From positions 54,530,430 to 54,594,429 of the forward strand of contig NC_090399.1 of NCBI RefSeq assembly GCF_036365525.1: a DNA stretch of 64,000 nucleotides, read 5' to 3'. How positions within the stretch are numbered: the first letter of the stretch is position 1; every line of letters begins with the position of its first letter. Origin of the DNA: Heterodontus francisci. Taxonomy: Eukaryota. This document shows positions 1 to 12,000 of the stretch, one piece after another. The translations under genes and the position numbers were made by a program. The notes under the pieces were generated by a model. It was not told the DNA's origin and made no database searches. It saw only the letters and a program-made list of their open reading frames with translations.

Positions 1-3000
1 GGGAGGGGGTCAGTGTCCTGGGGAGAGGGGTGGGGAGAGGGTCAGTGTCCCGCAGAGAGGGTCAGTGTCCCGGGGGGAGGGTCAGTGTCCCGGGAAGAGG
101 GTCAGTGTCCTGGGGAGATGGGTTGGGGGGGGGTGGGGGTCAGTATCCCGGGGAGAGGGGTTGGGGAGAGTCTGTGTCCCGGAGAGAGGAGTGTGAGTGT
201 CCCAGGGAGTGGGGTCAGTGGCCCCAGGAGAGGGGTTGGGGGGAGGGTCAGAGTCCCGGGAGAGGGTCAGTGTCCTGGGGAGATGGGTTGGGGGGAGGGT
301 CAGAGTCCCGGGGAGAGCGGTTGGGGAGAGTCTGTGTCCCTGAGAGAGGGGCTGGGGGGAAAGTCTGTGTCCCGGGGAGAGGGGCTGGGGAGAGGGGTTG
401 GAGAGAGGGTCAGTGTCCTGGGGAGAGGGTCAGTGTCCCAGGGAGAGGGGTTGGGGGAAGGGTCAGTGTCTCGTGGAGAGGAGTTGGGGAGGGGGTCACT
501 GTCCTGGGGAGAGGGTCAGTGACCCAGGGAGAGGGGCTGGGGGGAAAGTCTGTGTCCCGGGGAGAGGGGTTGGGGAGAGGGGTTGGAGAGAGGGTCAGTG
601 TCCCGGGGAGAGGGTCAGTGTCGCGGGAAGAGGGTCAGTGTCCCAGGGAGAGGGGTTGGGGGAAGGGTCAGTGTCTCGGGGAGAGGGGTTAGGGAGAGGG
701 TCAATTTCCCGGGGAGAGGGTTTGGGGAGAGGGTCAGTGTCCCGGGGAGAGGGGTTGGGGAGAGGGTCAGTGTCCCGGGGAGAGGAGTTGCGGAGGGGGT
801 CACTGTCCTGGGGAGAGGGTCAGTGAACCGGGGAGGGGGTCAGTGTCCTGGGGAGAGGGGTGGGGAGAGGGTCAGTGTCCCGCGGAGAGGGTCAGTGTCC
901 CGGGGAGAGGGTCAGTGTCCCGGGGAGAGGGTCAGTGTCCCGGGGAGAGGATCAGTGTCCCGGGAAGAGGATCAGTGTCCTGGGGAGATGGGTTGGGGGG
1001 AGGGTCAGTGTCCCAGGGAGAGGGGTTGGGGAGAGTATGTGTCCCGGAGAGAGGAGTGTGAGTGTCCCAGGGAGTGGGGTCAGTGGCCCCAGGAGAGGGG
1101 TTGGGGGGAGGGTCAGTGTCCCGGGAAGAGGGACAGTGTCCCGGGAAGAGGGGTTGGGGGGAGAGGGGCAGCATCCCGGGGAGAGGGGTTGGGGGGAGGG
1201 TCAGTGTCCAGGGGAGAAGGATGGGGAGAGGGGTTGGGGAGAGGGGCAGAGTCCCGGGGAGAGGGGTTGGGGAGAGGGGTTGGGGAGAGGGGCAGTGTCC
1301 CGGGGAGAGGGGTTTGGGGGAGGGTCAGTGTCCCGGGGAGAAGGGTTGGGGAGAGGGTCAGTATCCCGGGGAGAAGGGTTGGGGGGAGGGTCAGTGTCCC
1401 GGGGTGAGGGGTTGGGGGGAAGGATCAGTGTCGTGGGGAGAGGGGTTGGGGAGAGGGTCAGTGTCCCGGGGAGAGGGGTTGGGGGGCAGGTCAGTGTCCC
1501 GGGGAGAGGGGTTGGGGAGAGGGTCAGTGTCCCGGGGAGAGGGGTTGGGGAGAGTCGGTGTCCCGGAGAAAGGGGTTGGGGAGAGGGTCAGTGTCCCGGG
1601 AGAGGGGTTGGGGAGAGGGGTTGGGGAGAGGGTTTGGGGAGAGGGTTTGGGGAGAGGGTCAGTGCCCCGGGGAGTGGGGTTGGGGGGAGGGTCAGTGTCC
1701 TGGGGAGAGGGGTTGGGGAGAGGTTCAGTGTCCCGGGAAGAGGGTCAGTATCCCGGGGAGAGGGTTTGGGAGAGGGTCAGTGTCCCGGGGAGAGGGGTTG
1801 GGGAGAGGTTCAGTGTCGCGGGGAGAGGAGTAGGGGGGAGGGTCAGTGTCCCGGGAAGAGGGTCCGTGTCCCAGGGAGAGGGTCAGTATCCAGCAGAGAG
1901 GGTCAGTGTCCTGGGGAGAAGGTCAGTGTCCCGGGAAGAGGGTCAGTGTCCCGGGAAGAGGGGTTGGGGGGAGAGGGGCAGCATCCCGGGGAGAGGGGTT
2001 GGGGGGAGGGTCAGTGTCCAGGGGAGAGGGGTAGGGGAGAGGGGTTGGGGAGAGGGACAGTGTCCCGGGAATAGGGGTTGGGGAGAGGGGCAGTGTCCCG
2101 GGGAGAGGGGTTGGGGGGAGGGTCAGTGTCCCGGGGAGAAGGGTTGGGGAGAGGGTCAGTATCCCGGGGAGAGCTGTTGGGGGGAAGGTCAGTGTCCCGG
2201 TGAGAGGGGTTGGGGAGAGGTTCAGTGTCCCGGGGAGAGGGGTTGGGGGGAGGGTCAGTGTCCTGGGGAGAGGGGTTGGGGGGAAGGTCAGTGTCCAGGG
2301 GAGAGGGGTTGGGGAGAGGGGTTGGGGAGAGGGGTTGGGGAGAGGGGCAGTGTCCCGGGGAGAGGGGTTGGGGGGCAGGTCAGTGTCCCGGGGAGAGGGG
2401 TTGGGGAGAGGGTCAGTGTTCCGCAGAGAGGGTCAGTGTCCCGGGGAGAGGGTCAGTGTCCCGGGGAGAGGGTCAGTGTCCCGGGGAGATGGGTTGGGGG
2501 GGGGGGGGTCAGTGTCCCGGGGAGAGGGGTTGGGGAGAGTCTGTGTCCCGGAGAGAGGAGTGTGAGTGTCCCAGGGAGTGGGGTCATGGCCCCAGGAGAG
2601 GGGTTGGGGGGAGGGTCAGTGTCCCGGGAGAGGGTCAGTGTCCTGGGGAGATGGGTTGGGGGGAGGGTCAGTGTCCCGGGGAGAGCGGTTGGGGAGAGTC
2701 TGTGTCCCTGAGAGAGGGGCTGGGGGGAACGTCTGTGTCCCGGGGAGAGGGGCTGGGGAGAGGGGTTGGAGAGAGGGTCAGTGTCCCGGGGAGAGGGTCA
2801 GTCCCAGGGAGAGGGGTTGGGGGAAGGGTCAGTGTCTCGTGGAGAGGAGTTGGGGAGGGGGTCACTGTCCTGGGGAGAGGGTCAGTGACCCAGGGAGAGG
2901 GGTTGGAGAGAGCGTCAGTGTCCCGGGGAAAGGGTCAGTGTCCCGGGAAGAGGGTCAGTGTCCCGGGAAGAGGGTCAGTGTCCCGGGAAGAGGGGTTGGG

Positions 3001-6000
3001 GGAAGGGTCAGTGTCTCGGGGAGAGGGGTTGGGGAGAGGGTCAGTTTCCCGGGGAGAGGGTTTGGGGAGAGGGTCAGTGTCCCGGGGAGAGGGGTTGGGG
3101 AGAGGGTCAGTGTCCCAGGGAGAGGGGTTGGGGGAAGGGTCAGTGTCTCGGGGAGAGGGGTTGGGGAGAGGGTCAGTGTCCCGGGGAGAGGGGTTGGGGA
3201 GGGGGTCACTGTCCTGGGGAGAGGGTCAGTGACCCGGGGAGGGGGTCAGTGTCCTGGGGAGAGGGTCAGTGACCCGGGGAGGGGGTCAGTGTCCTGGGGA
3301 GAGGGGTGGGGAGAGGGTCAGTGTCCCGCGGAGAGGGTCAGTGTGCCGGGGAGAGGGTCAGTGTGCCGGGAAGAGGGTCAGTGTCCTGGGGAGATGGGTG
3401 GGGAGAGGGTCAGTGTCCCGGGGAGAGGGGTTGGGAAGAGTATGTGTCCCGGAGAGAGGAGTGTGAGTGTCCCAGGGAGTGGGGTCAGTGGCCCCAGGAG
3501 AGGGGTTGGGGGGGGTGGGGTCAGTGTCCCGGGGAGAGGGTCAGTGTCCCGGGAAGAGGGGTTGGGGGGAGAGGGGCAGCATCCCGGGGAGAGGGGTTGG
3601 GGGGAGGGTCAGTGTCCAGGGGAGAGGGATGGGGATAGGGGTTGGGGAGAGGGGCAGTGTCCCGGGGAGAGGGGTTGGGGGGAGGGTCAGTGTCCTGGGG
3701 AGAGGGGTTGGGGGGGAAGGTCAGTGTCCAGGGGAGAGGGTTTGGGGAGAGGGGTTGGGGAGAGGGGTTGGGGAGAGGGGTTGGGGAGAGGGGTTGGGGA
3801 GAGGGGCAGTGTCCCGGGGAGAAGGGTTGGGGAGAGGGTCAGTATCCCGTGGAGAAGGGTTGGGGGGAAGGATCAGTGCCTCGGGGAGAGGGGTTGGGGA
3901 GAGGGTCAGTGTTCCCAGGGAGAGGGGTTGGGGGGAGGGTCAGTGTCCCGGGAGAGGGACAGTGTCCTGGGGAGATGGGTTGGGGGGAGGGTCAGTGTCC
4001 CGGGGAGAGCGGTTGTGGAGAGTCTGTGTCCCTGAGAGAGGGGCTGGGGGGAAAGTCTGTGTCCCGGGGAGAGGGGCTGGGGAGAGGGGTTGGAGAGAGG
4101 GTCAGTGTCCCGGGGAGAGGGTCAGTGTCCCGGGAAGAGGGTCAGTGTCCCGGGAAGAGGGGTTGGGGGAAGGGTCAGTGTCTCGGGGAGAGGGGTTGGG
4201 GAGAGGGTCAGTGTCCCGGGGAGAGGGTTTGGGGAGAGGGTCAGTGTCCCGGGGAGAGGGGTTGGGGAGAGGGTCAGTGTCCCGGTGAGAGGAGTTGGGG
4301 AGGGGGTCACTGTCCTGGGGAGAGAGTCAGTGACCCGGGGAGGGTGTCAGTGTCCTGGGGAGGGGGGTTGGGGGGCAGGTCAGTGTCCCGGTGAGAGGGG
4401 TTGGGGAGAGGGTCAGTGTTCCGCAGAGAGGGTCAGTGTCCCGGGGAGAGGGTCAGTGTCCCGGGGAGAGGGTCAGTGTCCTGGGGAGATGGGTTGGGGG
4501 GGGGGGGGGGTCAGTGTCCCGGGGAGAGGGGTTGGGGAGAGTCTGTGTCCCGGAGAGAGGAGTGTGAGTCTCCCAGGGAGTGGGGTCATGGCCCCAGGAG
4601 AGGGTTTGGGGGGAGGGTCAGTGTCCCGGGAGAGGGTCAGTGTCCTGGGGAGATGGGTTGGGGGGAGGGTCAGTGTCCCGGGGAGAGCGGTTGGGGAGAG
4701 TCTGTGTCCCTGAGAGAGGGGCTGGGGGGAAAGTCTGTGTCCTGGGGAGATGGGTTGGAGAGAGGGTCAGTGTCCCGGGGAGAGGGTCAGTGTCCCAGGG
4801 AGAGGGGTTGGCTGAAGGGTCAGTGTCTCGTGGAGAGGAGTTGGGGAGGGGGTCACTGTCCTGGGGAGAGGGTCAGTGACGCAGGGAGATGGGCTGGGGG
4901 GAAAGTCTGTGTCCCGGGGAGAGGGGTTGGGGAGAGGGGTTGGAGAGAGGGTCAGTGTCCCGGGGAAAGGGTCAGTGTCCCGGGAAGAGGGTCAGTGTCC
5001 CAGGGAGAGCGGTTGGGGGAAGGGTCAGTGTCTCGGGGAGAGGGGTTGGGGAGAGGGTCAGTGTCCCGGGGAGAGGGTTTGGGGAGAGGGTCAGTGTCCC
5101 GGGGAGAGGGGTTGGGGAGAGGGTCAGTGTCCCAGGGAGAGGGGTTGGGGAGAGGGTCAGTGTCTCGGGGAGAGGGGTTGGGGAGAGGGTCAGTGTCCCG
5201 GGGAGAGGGTTTGGGGAGGGGGTCACTGTCCTGGGGAGAGGGTCAGTGACCCGGGGAGGGGGTCAGTGTCCTGGGGAGAGGGGTGGGGAGAGGGTCAGTG
5301 TCCCGCGGAGAGGGTCAGTGTCCCGGGGAGAGGGTCAGTGTCCTGGGGAGATGGGTTGGGGGGAGGGTCAGTGTCCCGGGGAGAGGGGTTGGGAAGAGTA
5401 TGTGTCCCGGAGAGAGGAGTGTGAGTGTCCCAGGGAGTGGGGTCAGTGGCCCCAGGAGAGGGGTTGGGGGGGGGGGGGGGTCAGTGTCCCGGGAAGAGGG
5501 TCAGTGTCCCGGGAAGAGGGTCAGTGTCCCGGGAAGAGGGGTTGGGGGGAGAGGGGCAGCATCCCGGGGAGAGGGGTTGGGGGGAGGGTCAGTGTCCAGG
5601 GGAGAGGGATGGGGAGAGGGGTTGGGGAGAGGGGCAGTGTCCCGGGGAGAGGGGTTGGGGGGAGGGTCAGTGTCCTGGGGAGAGGGGTTGGGGGGAAGGT
5701 CAGTGTCCAGGGGAGAGGGGTTGGGGAGAGGGGTTGGGGAGAGGGGCAGTGTCCCGGGGAGAAGGGTTGGGGAGAGGGTCAGTATCCCGTGGAGAAGGGT
5801 TGGGGGGAAGGATCAGTGTCTCGGGGAGAGGGGTTGGGGAGAGGGTCCGTGTTCCCAGGGAGAGGGGTTGGGGGGAGGGTCAGTGTCCCGGGGAGAGGGG
5901 TTGGGGGGAGGGTCAGTGTCCCGGGGAGAGGGGTTGGGGAGAGGGTCAGTGTCCCGGGGAGAGGGGTTGGGGAGAGGGTCAGTGTCCCGGAGAAAGGGGT

Positions 6001-9000
6001 TGGGGAGAGGGTCAGTGTCCCGGGAGAGGGGTTGGGGAGAGGGGTTAGGGAGAGGGTTTGGGGAGAGGGTCAGTGCCCCGGGGAGTGGGGTTGGGGGGAG
6101 GGTCAGTGTCCTGGGGAGAGGGGTTGGGGAGAGGTTCAGTGTCCCGGGAAGAGGGTCAGTATCCCGGGGAGAGGGGTTGGGAGAGGGTCAGTGTCCCGGG
6201 GAGAGGGGTTGGGGAGAGGTTCAGTGTCGCGGGGAGAGGAGTAGGGGGGAGGGTCAGTGTCCCGGGGAGAGGAGTAGGGGGGAGGGTCAGTGTCCCGGGG
6301 AGAGGGTCAGTATCCAGCAGAGAGGGTCAGTGAACTGGGGAGAAGGTCAGTGTCCCGGGAAGAGGGTCAGTGTCCCGGGAAGAGGGGTTGGGGGGTGAGG
6401 GGCAGCATCCCGGGGAGAGGGGCTGGGGGGAAGGTCAGTGTCCAGGGGAGAGGGGTTGGGGAGAGGGGCAGTGTCCCGGGGAGAGGGGTTGGGGGGAGGG
6501 TCAGCGTCCCGGGGAGAAGGGTTGGGGAGAGGGTCAGTATCCCGGGGAGAGCTGTTGGGGGGAAGGTCAGTGTCCTGGTGAGAGGGGTTGGGGAGAGGTT
6601 CAGTGTCCCGGGGAGAGGGGTTGTGGGGAGGGTCAGTGTCCTGGGGAGAGGGGTTGGGGGGGAAGGTCAGTGTCCAGGGGAGAGGGGTTGGGGAGAGGGG
6701 TTGGGGAGAGGGGCAGTGTCCCGGGGAGAAGGGTTGGGGAGAGGGTCAGTATCCCGTGGAGAAGGGTTGGGGGGAAGGATCAGTGTCTCGGGGAGAGGGG
6801 TTGGGGAGAGGGTCAGTGTTCCCAGGGAGAGGGGTTGGGGGGAGGGTCAGTGTCCCGGGGAGAGGGGTTGGGGGGAGGGTCAGTGTCCCGGGGAGAGGGG
6901 TTGGGGAGAGGGTCAGTGTCCCGGGGAGAGGGGTTGGGGAGAGGGTCAGTGTCCCGGAGAAAGGGGTTGGGGAGAGGGTCAGTGTCCCGGGAGAGGGGTT
7001 GGGGAGAGGGGTTAGGGAGAGGGTTTGGGGAGAGGGTCAGTGCCCCGGGGAGTGGGGTTGGGGGGAGGGTCAGTGTCCTGGGGAGAGGGGTTGGGGAGAG
7101 GTTCAGTGTCCCGGGAAGAGGGTCAGTATCCCGGGGAGAGGGGTTGGGAGAGGGTCAGTGTCCCGGGGAGAGGGGTTGGGGAGAGGTTCAGTGTCGCGGG
7201 GAGAGGAGTAGGGGGGAGGGTCAGTGTCCCGGGGAGAGGGTCAGTGTCCCGGGGAGAGGGTCATTATCCAGCAGAGAGGGTCAGTGAACTGGGGAGAAGG
7301 TCAGTGTCCCGGGAAGAGGGTCAGTGTCCCGGGAAGAGGGGTTGGGGGGAGAGGGGCAGCATCCCGGGGAGAGGGGCTGGGGGGAAGGTCAGTGTCCAGG
7401 GGAGAGGGGTTGGGGAGAGGGGCAGTGTCCCAGGGAGAGGGGTTGGGGGGAGGGTCAGCGTCCCGGGGAGAAGGGTTGGGGAGAGGGTCAGTATCCCGGG
7501 GAGAGCTGTTGGGGGGAAGGTCAGTGTCCTGGTGAGAGGGGTTGGGGAGAGGTTCAGTGTCCCGGGGAGAGGGGTTGGGGGGAGGGTCAGTGTCCTGGGG
7601 AGAGGGGTTGGGGGGGAAGGTCAGTGTCCAGGGGAGAGGGGTTGGGGAGATGGGTTGGGGAGAGGGGCAGTGTCCTGGGGTGAGGGGTTGGGGGGAAGGA
7701 TCAGTGTCTCGGGGAGAGGGGTTGGGGAGAGGGTCAGTGTTCCCAGGGAGAGGGGTTGGGGGGAGGGTCAGTGTCCCGGGGAGAGGGGTTGGGGGGCAGG
7801 TCAGTGTCCCGGGGAGAGGGGTTGGGGAGAGGGTCAGTATCCCGGGGAGAGCTGTTGGGGGGAAGGTCAGTGTCCTGGTGAGAGGGGTTGGGGAGAGGTT
7901 CAGTGTCCCGGGGGGAGAGGTTCAGTGTCCCGGGGAGAGGGGTTGGGGGGAGGGTCAGTGTCCTGGGGAGAGGGGTTGGGGGGAAGGTCAGTGTCCAGGG
8001 GAGAGGAGCTGGGGAGATGGGTTAGGGAGAGGGGCAGTGTCCTGGGGTGAGGGGTTGGGGGGAAGGATCAGTGTCTCGGGGAGAGGGGTTGGGGAGAGGG
8101 TCAGTGTTCCCAGGGAGAGGGGTTGGGGGGAGGGTCAGTGTCCCGGGGAGAGGGGTTGGGGGGCAGGTCAGTGTCCCGGGGAGAGGGGTTGGGGAGAGGG
8201 TCAGTGTCCCGCAGAGAGGGTCAGTGTCCCGGGGAGAGGGTCAGTGTCCCGGGAAGTGGGGTCAGTGGCCCCAGGAGAGGGGTCAGTGGCCCCAGGAGAG
8301 GGGTTGGGGGGAGGGTCAGTGTCCCGGGAGAGGGACAGTGTCCTGGGGAGATGGGTTGGGGGGAGGGTCAGTGTCCCGGGGAGAGCGGTTGGGGAGAGTC
8401 TGTGTCCCTGAGAGAGGGGCTGGGGGGAAAGTCTGTGTCCCGGGGAGAGGGGCTGGGGAGAGGGGTTGGAGAGAGGGTCAGTGTCCCGGGGAGAGGGTCA
8501 GTGTCCCGGGAAGAGGGTCAGTGTCCCGGGAAGAGGGTCAGTGTCCCGGGAAGAGGGGTTGGGGGAAGGGTCAGTGTCTCGGGGAGAGGGGTTGGGGAGA
8601 GGGTCAGTGTCCCGGGGAGAGGGTTTGGGGAGAGGGTCAGTGTCCCGGGGAGAGGGGCTGGGGAGAGGGTCAGTGTCCCGGTGAGAGGAGTTGGGGAGGG
8701 GGTCACTGTCCTGGGGAGAGAGTCAGTGACCCGGGGAGGGGGTCAGTGTCCTGGGGAGAGGGGTGGGGAGAGGGTCAGTGTCCTGCGGAGAGGGTCAGTG
8801 TCCCGGGGAGAGGGTCAGTGTCCCGGGGAGAGGGTCAGTGTCCTGGGGAGATGGGTTGGGGGGAGGGTCAGTGTCCCGGGGAGAGGGGTTGGGGAGAGTA
8901 TGTGTCCCGGAGAGAGGAGTGTGAGTGTCCCGGGAAGAGGGTCAGTGTCCCGGGAAGAGGGGTTGGGGGGAGAGGGGCAGCATCCCGGGGAGAGGGATTG

Positions 9001-12000
9001 GGGGGAGGGTCAGTGTCCAGGGGAGAGGGATGGGGAGAGGGGTTGGGGAGAGGGGCAGTGTCCCGGGGAGAGGGGTTGGGGGGAGGGTCAGTGTCCTGGG
9101 GAGAGGGGTTGGGGGGAAGGTCAGTGTCCAGGGGAGAGGGGTTGGGGAGAGGGGTTGGGGAGAGGGGCAGTGTCCCAGGGAGAGGGGTTTGGAGGAGGAT
9201 CAGTGTCCCGGGGAGAATGGTTGGGGAGAGGGTCAGTATCCCGGGGAGAAGGTTTGGGGGGAAGGATCAGTGTCTCGGGGAGAGGGGTTGGGGAGAGGGT
9301 CAGTGTTCCCAGGGAGAGGGGTTGGGGGGAGGGTCAGTGTCCCGGGGAGAGGGGTTGGGGGGAGGGTCAGTGTCCCGGGGAGAGGGGTTGGGGGGAGGGT
9401 CAGTGTCCCGGGGAGAGGCGTTGGGGGGCAGGTCAGTGTCCCGGTGAGAGGAGTTGGGGAGGGGGTCACTGTCCTGGGGAGAGAGTCAGTGACCCGGGGA
9501 GGGGGTCAGTGTCCTGGGGAGAGGGGTGGGGAGAGGGTCAGTGTCCTGCGGAGAGGGTCAGTGTCCCGGGGAGAGGGTCAGTGTCCCGGGGAGAGGGTCA
9601 GTGTCCTGGGGAGATGGGTTGGGGGGAGGGTCAGTGTCCCGGGGAGAGGGGTTGGGGAGAGTATGTGTCCCGGAGAGAGGAGTGTGAGTGTCCCAGGGAG
9701 TGGGGTCAGTGGCCCCAGGAGAGGGGTTGGGGGGAGGGTCAGTGTCCCGGGAAGAGGGTCAGTGTCCCGGGAAGAGGGGTTGGGGGGAGAGGGGCAGCAT
9801 CCCGGGGAGAGGGATTGGGGGGAGGGTCAGTGTCCAGGGGAGAGGGATGGGGAGAGGGGTTGGGGAGAGGGGCAGTGTCCCGGGGAGAGGGGTTGGGGGG
9901 AGGGTCAGTGTCCTGGGGAGAGGGGTTGGGGGGAAGGTCAGTGTCCAGGGGAGAGGGGTTGGGGAGAGGGGTTGGGGAGAGGGGCAGTGTCCCAGGGAGA
10001 GGGGTTTGGAGGAGGATCAGTGTCCCGGGGAGAATGGTTGGGGAGAGGGTCAGTATCCCGGGGAGAAGGTTTGGGGGGAAGGATCAGTGTCTCGGGGAGA
10101 GGGGTTGGGGAGAGGGTCAGTGTTCCCAGGGAGAGGGGTTGGGGGGAGGGTCAGTGTCCCGGGGAGAGGGGTTGGGGGGAGGGTCAGTGTCCCGGGGAGA
10201 GTGGTTGGGGGGAGGGTCAGTGTCCCGGGGAGAGGCGTTGGGGGGCAGGTCAGTGTCCCGGGGAGAGGGGTTGGGGAGAGGGTCAGTGTCCCGGGGAGAG
10301 GGGTTGGGGAGAGTCGGTGTCCCGGAGAAAGGGGTTGGGGAGAGGGTCAGTGTCCCGGAGAAAGGGGTTGGGGAGAGGGTCAGTGTCCCGGGAGAGGGGT
10401 TGGGGAGAGGGGTTAGGGAGAGGGTTTGGGGAGAGGGTTTGGGGAGAGGGTCAGTGCCCCGAGGAGTGGGGTTGGGGGGAGGGTCAGTGTCCTGGGGAGA
10501 GGGGTTGGGGAGAGGTTCAGTGTCCCGGGAAGAGGGTCAGTATCCCGGGGAGAGGGGTTGGGAGAGGGTCAGTGTCCCGGGGAGAGGGGTTGGGGAGAGG
10601 TTCAGTGTCGCGGGGAGAGGAGTAGGGGGGAGGGTCAGTGTCCCGGGGAGAGGGTCAGTGTCCCGGGGAGAGGGTCAGTATCCAGCAGAGAGGGTCAGTG
10701 TCCTGGGGAGAAGGTCAGTGTCCCGGGAAGAGGGTCAGTGTCCCGGGAAGAGGGTCAGTGTCCCGGGAAGAGGGCTTGGGGGGAGAGGGGCAGCATCCCG
10801 GGGAGAGGGGTTGGGGGGAGGGTCAGTGTCCAGGGGAGAGGGGTAGGGGAGAGGGGTTGGGGAGAGGGGCAGTGTCCCGGGGAGAGGGGTTGGGGGGAGG
10901 GTCAGTGTCCCGGGGAGAAGGGATGGGGAGAGGGTCAGTATCCTGGGGAGAGCTGTTGGGGGGAGGGTCAGTGTCCCGGTGAGCGGGGTTGGGGAGAGGT
11001 TCAGTGTCCCGGGGAGAGGGGTTGGGGGGAGGGTCAGTGTCCTGGGGAGAGGGGTTGGGGGGAAGGTCAGTGTCCAGCGGAGAGGGGTTGGGGAGAGGGG
11101 TTGGGGAGAGGGGCAGTGTCCTGGGGTGAGGGGTTGGGGGGAAGGAACAGTGTCTCGGGGAGAGGGGTTGGGGAGAGGCTCAGTGGTCCCAGGGAGAGGG
11201 GTTGGGGGGAGGGTCAGTGTCCTGGGGAGATGGGTTGGGGAGAGTGTCAGTATCCCGGGGAGAGGGGTTGGGGGGAGGGTCAGTGTCCTGGGGTGAGGGG
11301 TTGGGGGGAAGGATCAGTGTCTCGGGGAGAGGGGTTGGGGAGAGGGTCAGTGTTCCCAAGGAGAGGGGTTGGGGGGCAGGTCAGTGTCCCGGGGAGAGGG
11401 GTTGGGGAGAGGGTCAGTGTCCCGGGGAGAGGGGTTGGGGGGCAGGTCAGTGTCCCGGGGAGAGGGGTTGGGGGGCAGGTCAGTGTCCCGGGGAGAGGGG
11501 TTGGGGGGCAGGTCAGTGTCCCGGGGAGAGGGGTTGGGGAGAGTATGTGTCCCGGAGAGAGGAGTGTGAGTGTCCCAGGGAGTGGGGTCAGTGGCCCCAG
11601 GAGAGGGGTGGGGGGGGGGTGGGGTCAGTGTCCCGGGAAGAGGGTCAGTGTCCCGGGAAGAGGGGTTGGGGGGAGAGGGGCAGCATCCCGGGGAGAGGGG
11701 TTGGGGGGAGGGTCAGTGTCCAGGGGAGAGGGATGGGGTGAGGGGTTGGGGAGAGGGGCAGTGTCTCGGGGAGAGGGGTTGGGGGTAGGGTCAGTGTCCT
11801 GGGGAGAGGGGTTGGGGGGAAGGTCAGTGTCCAGGGGAGAGGGGTTGGGGAGAGGGGTTGGGGAGAGGGGCAGTGTCCCGGGGAGAAGGGTTGGGGAGAG
11901 GGTCAGTATCCCGTGGAGAAGGGTTGGGGGGAAGGATCAGTGTCTCGGGGAGAGGGGTTGTGGAGAGGGTCAGTGTTCCCAGGGAGAGGGGTTGGGGGGA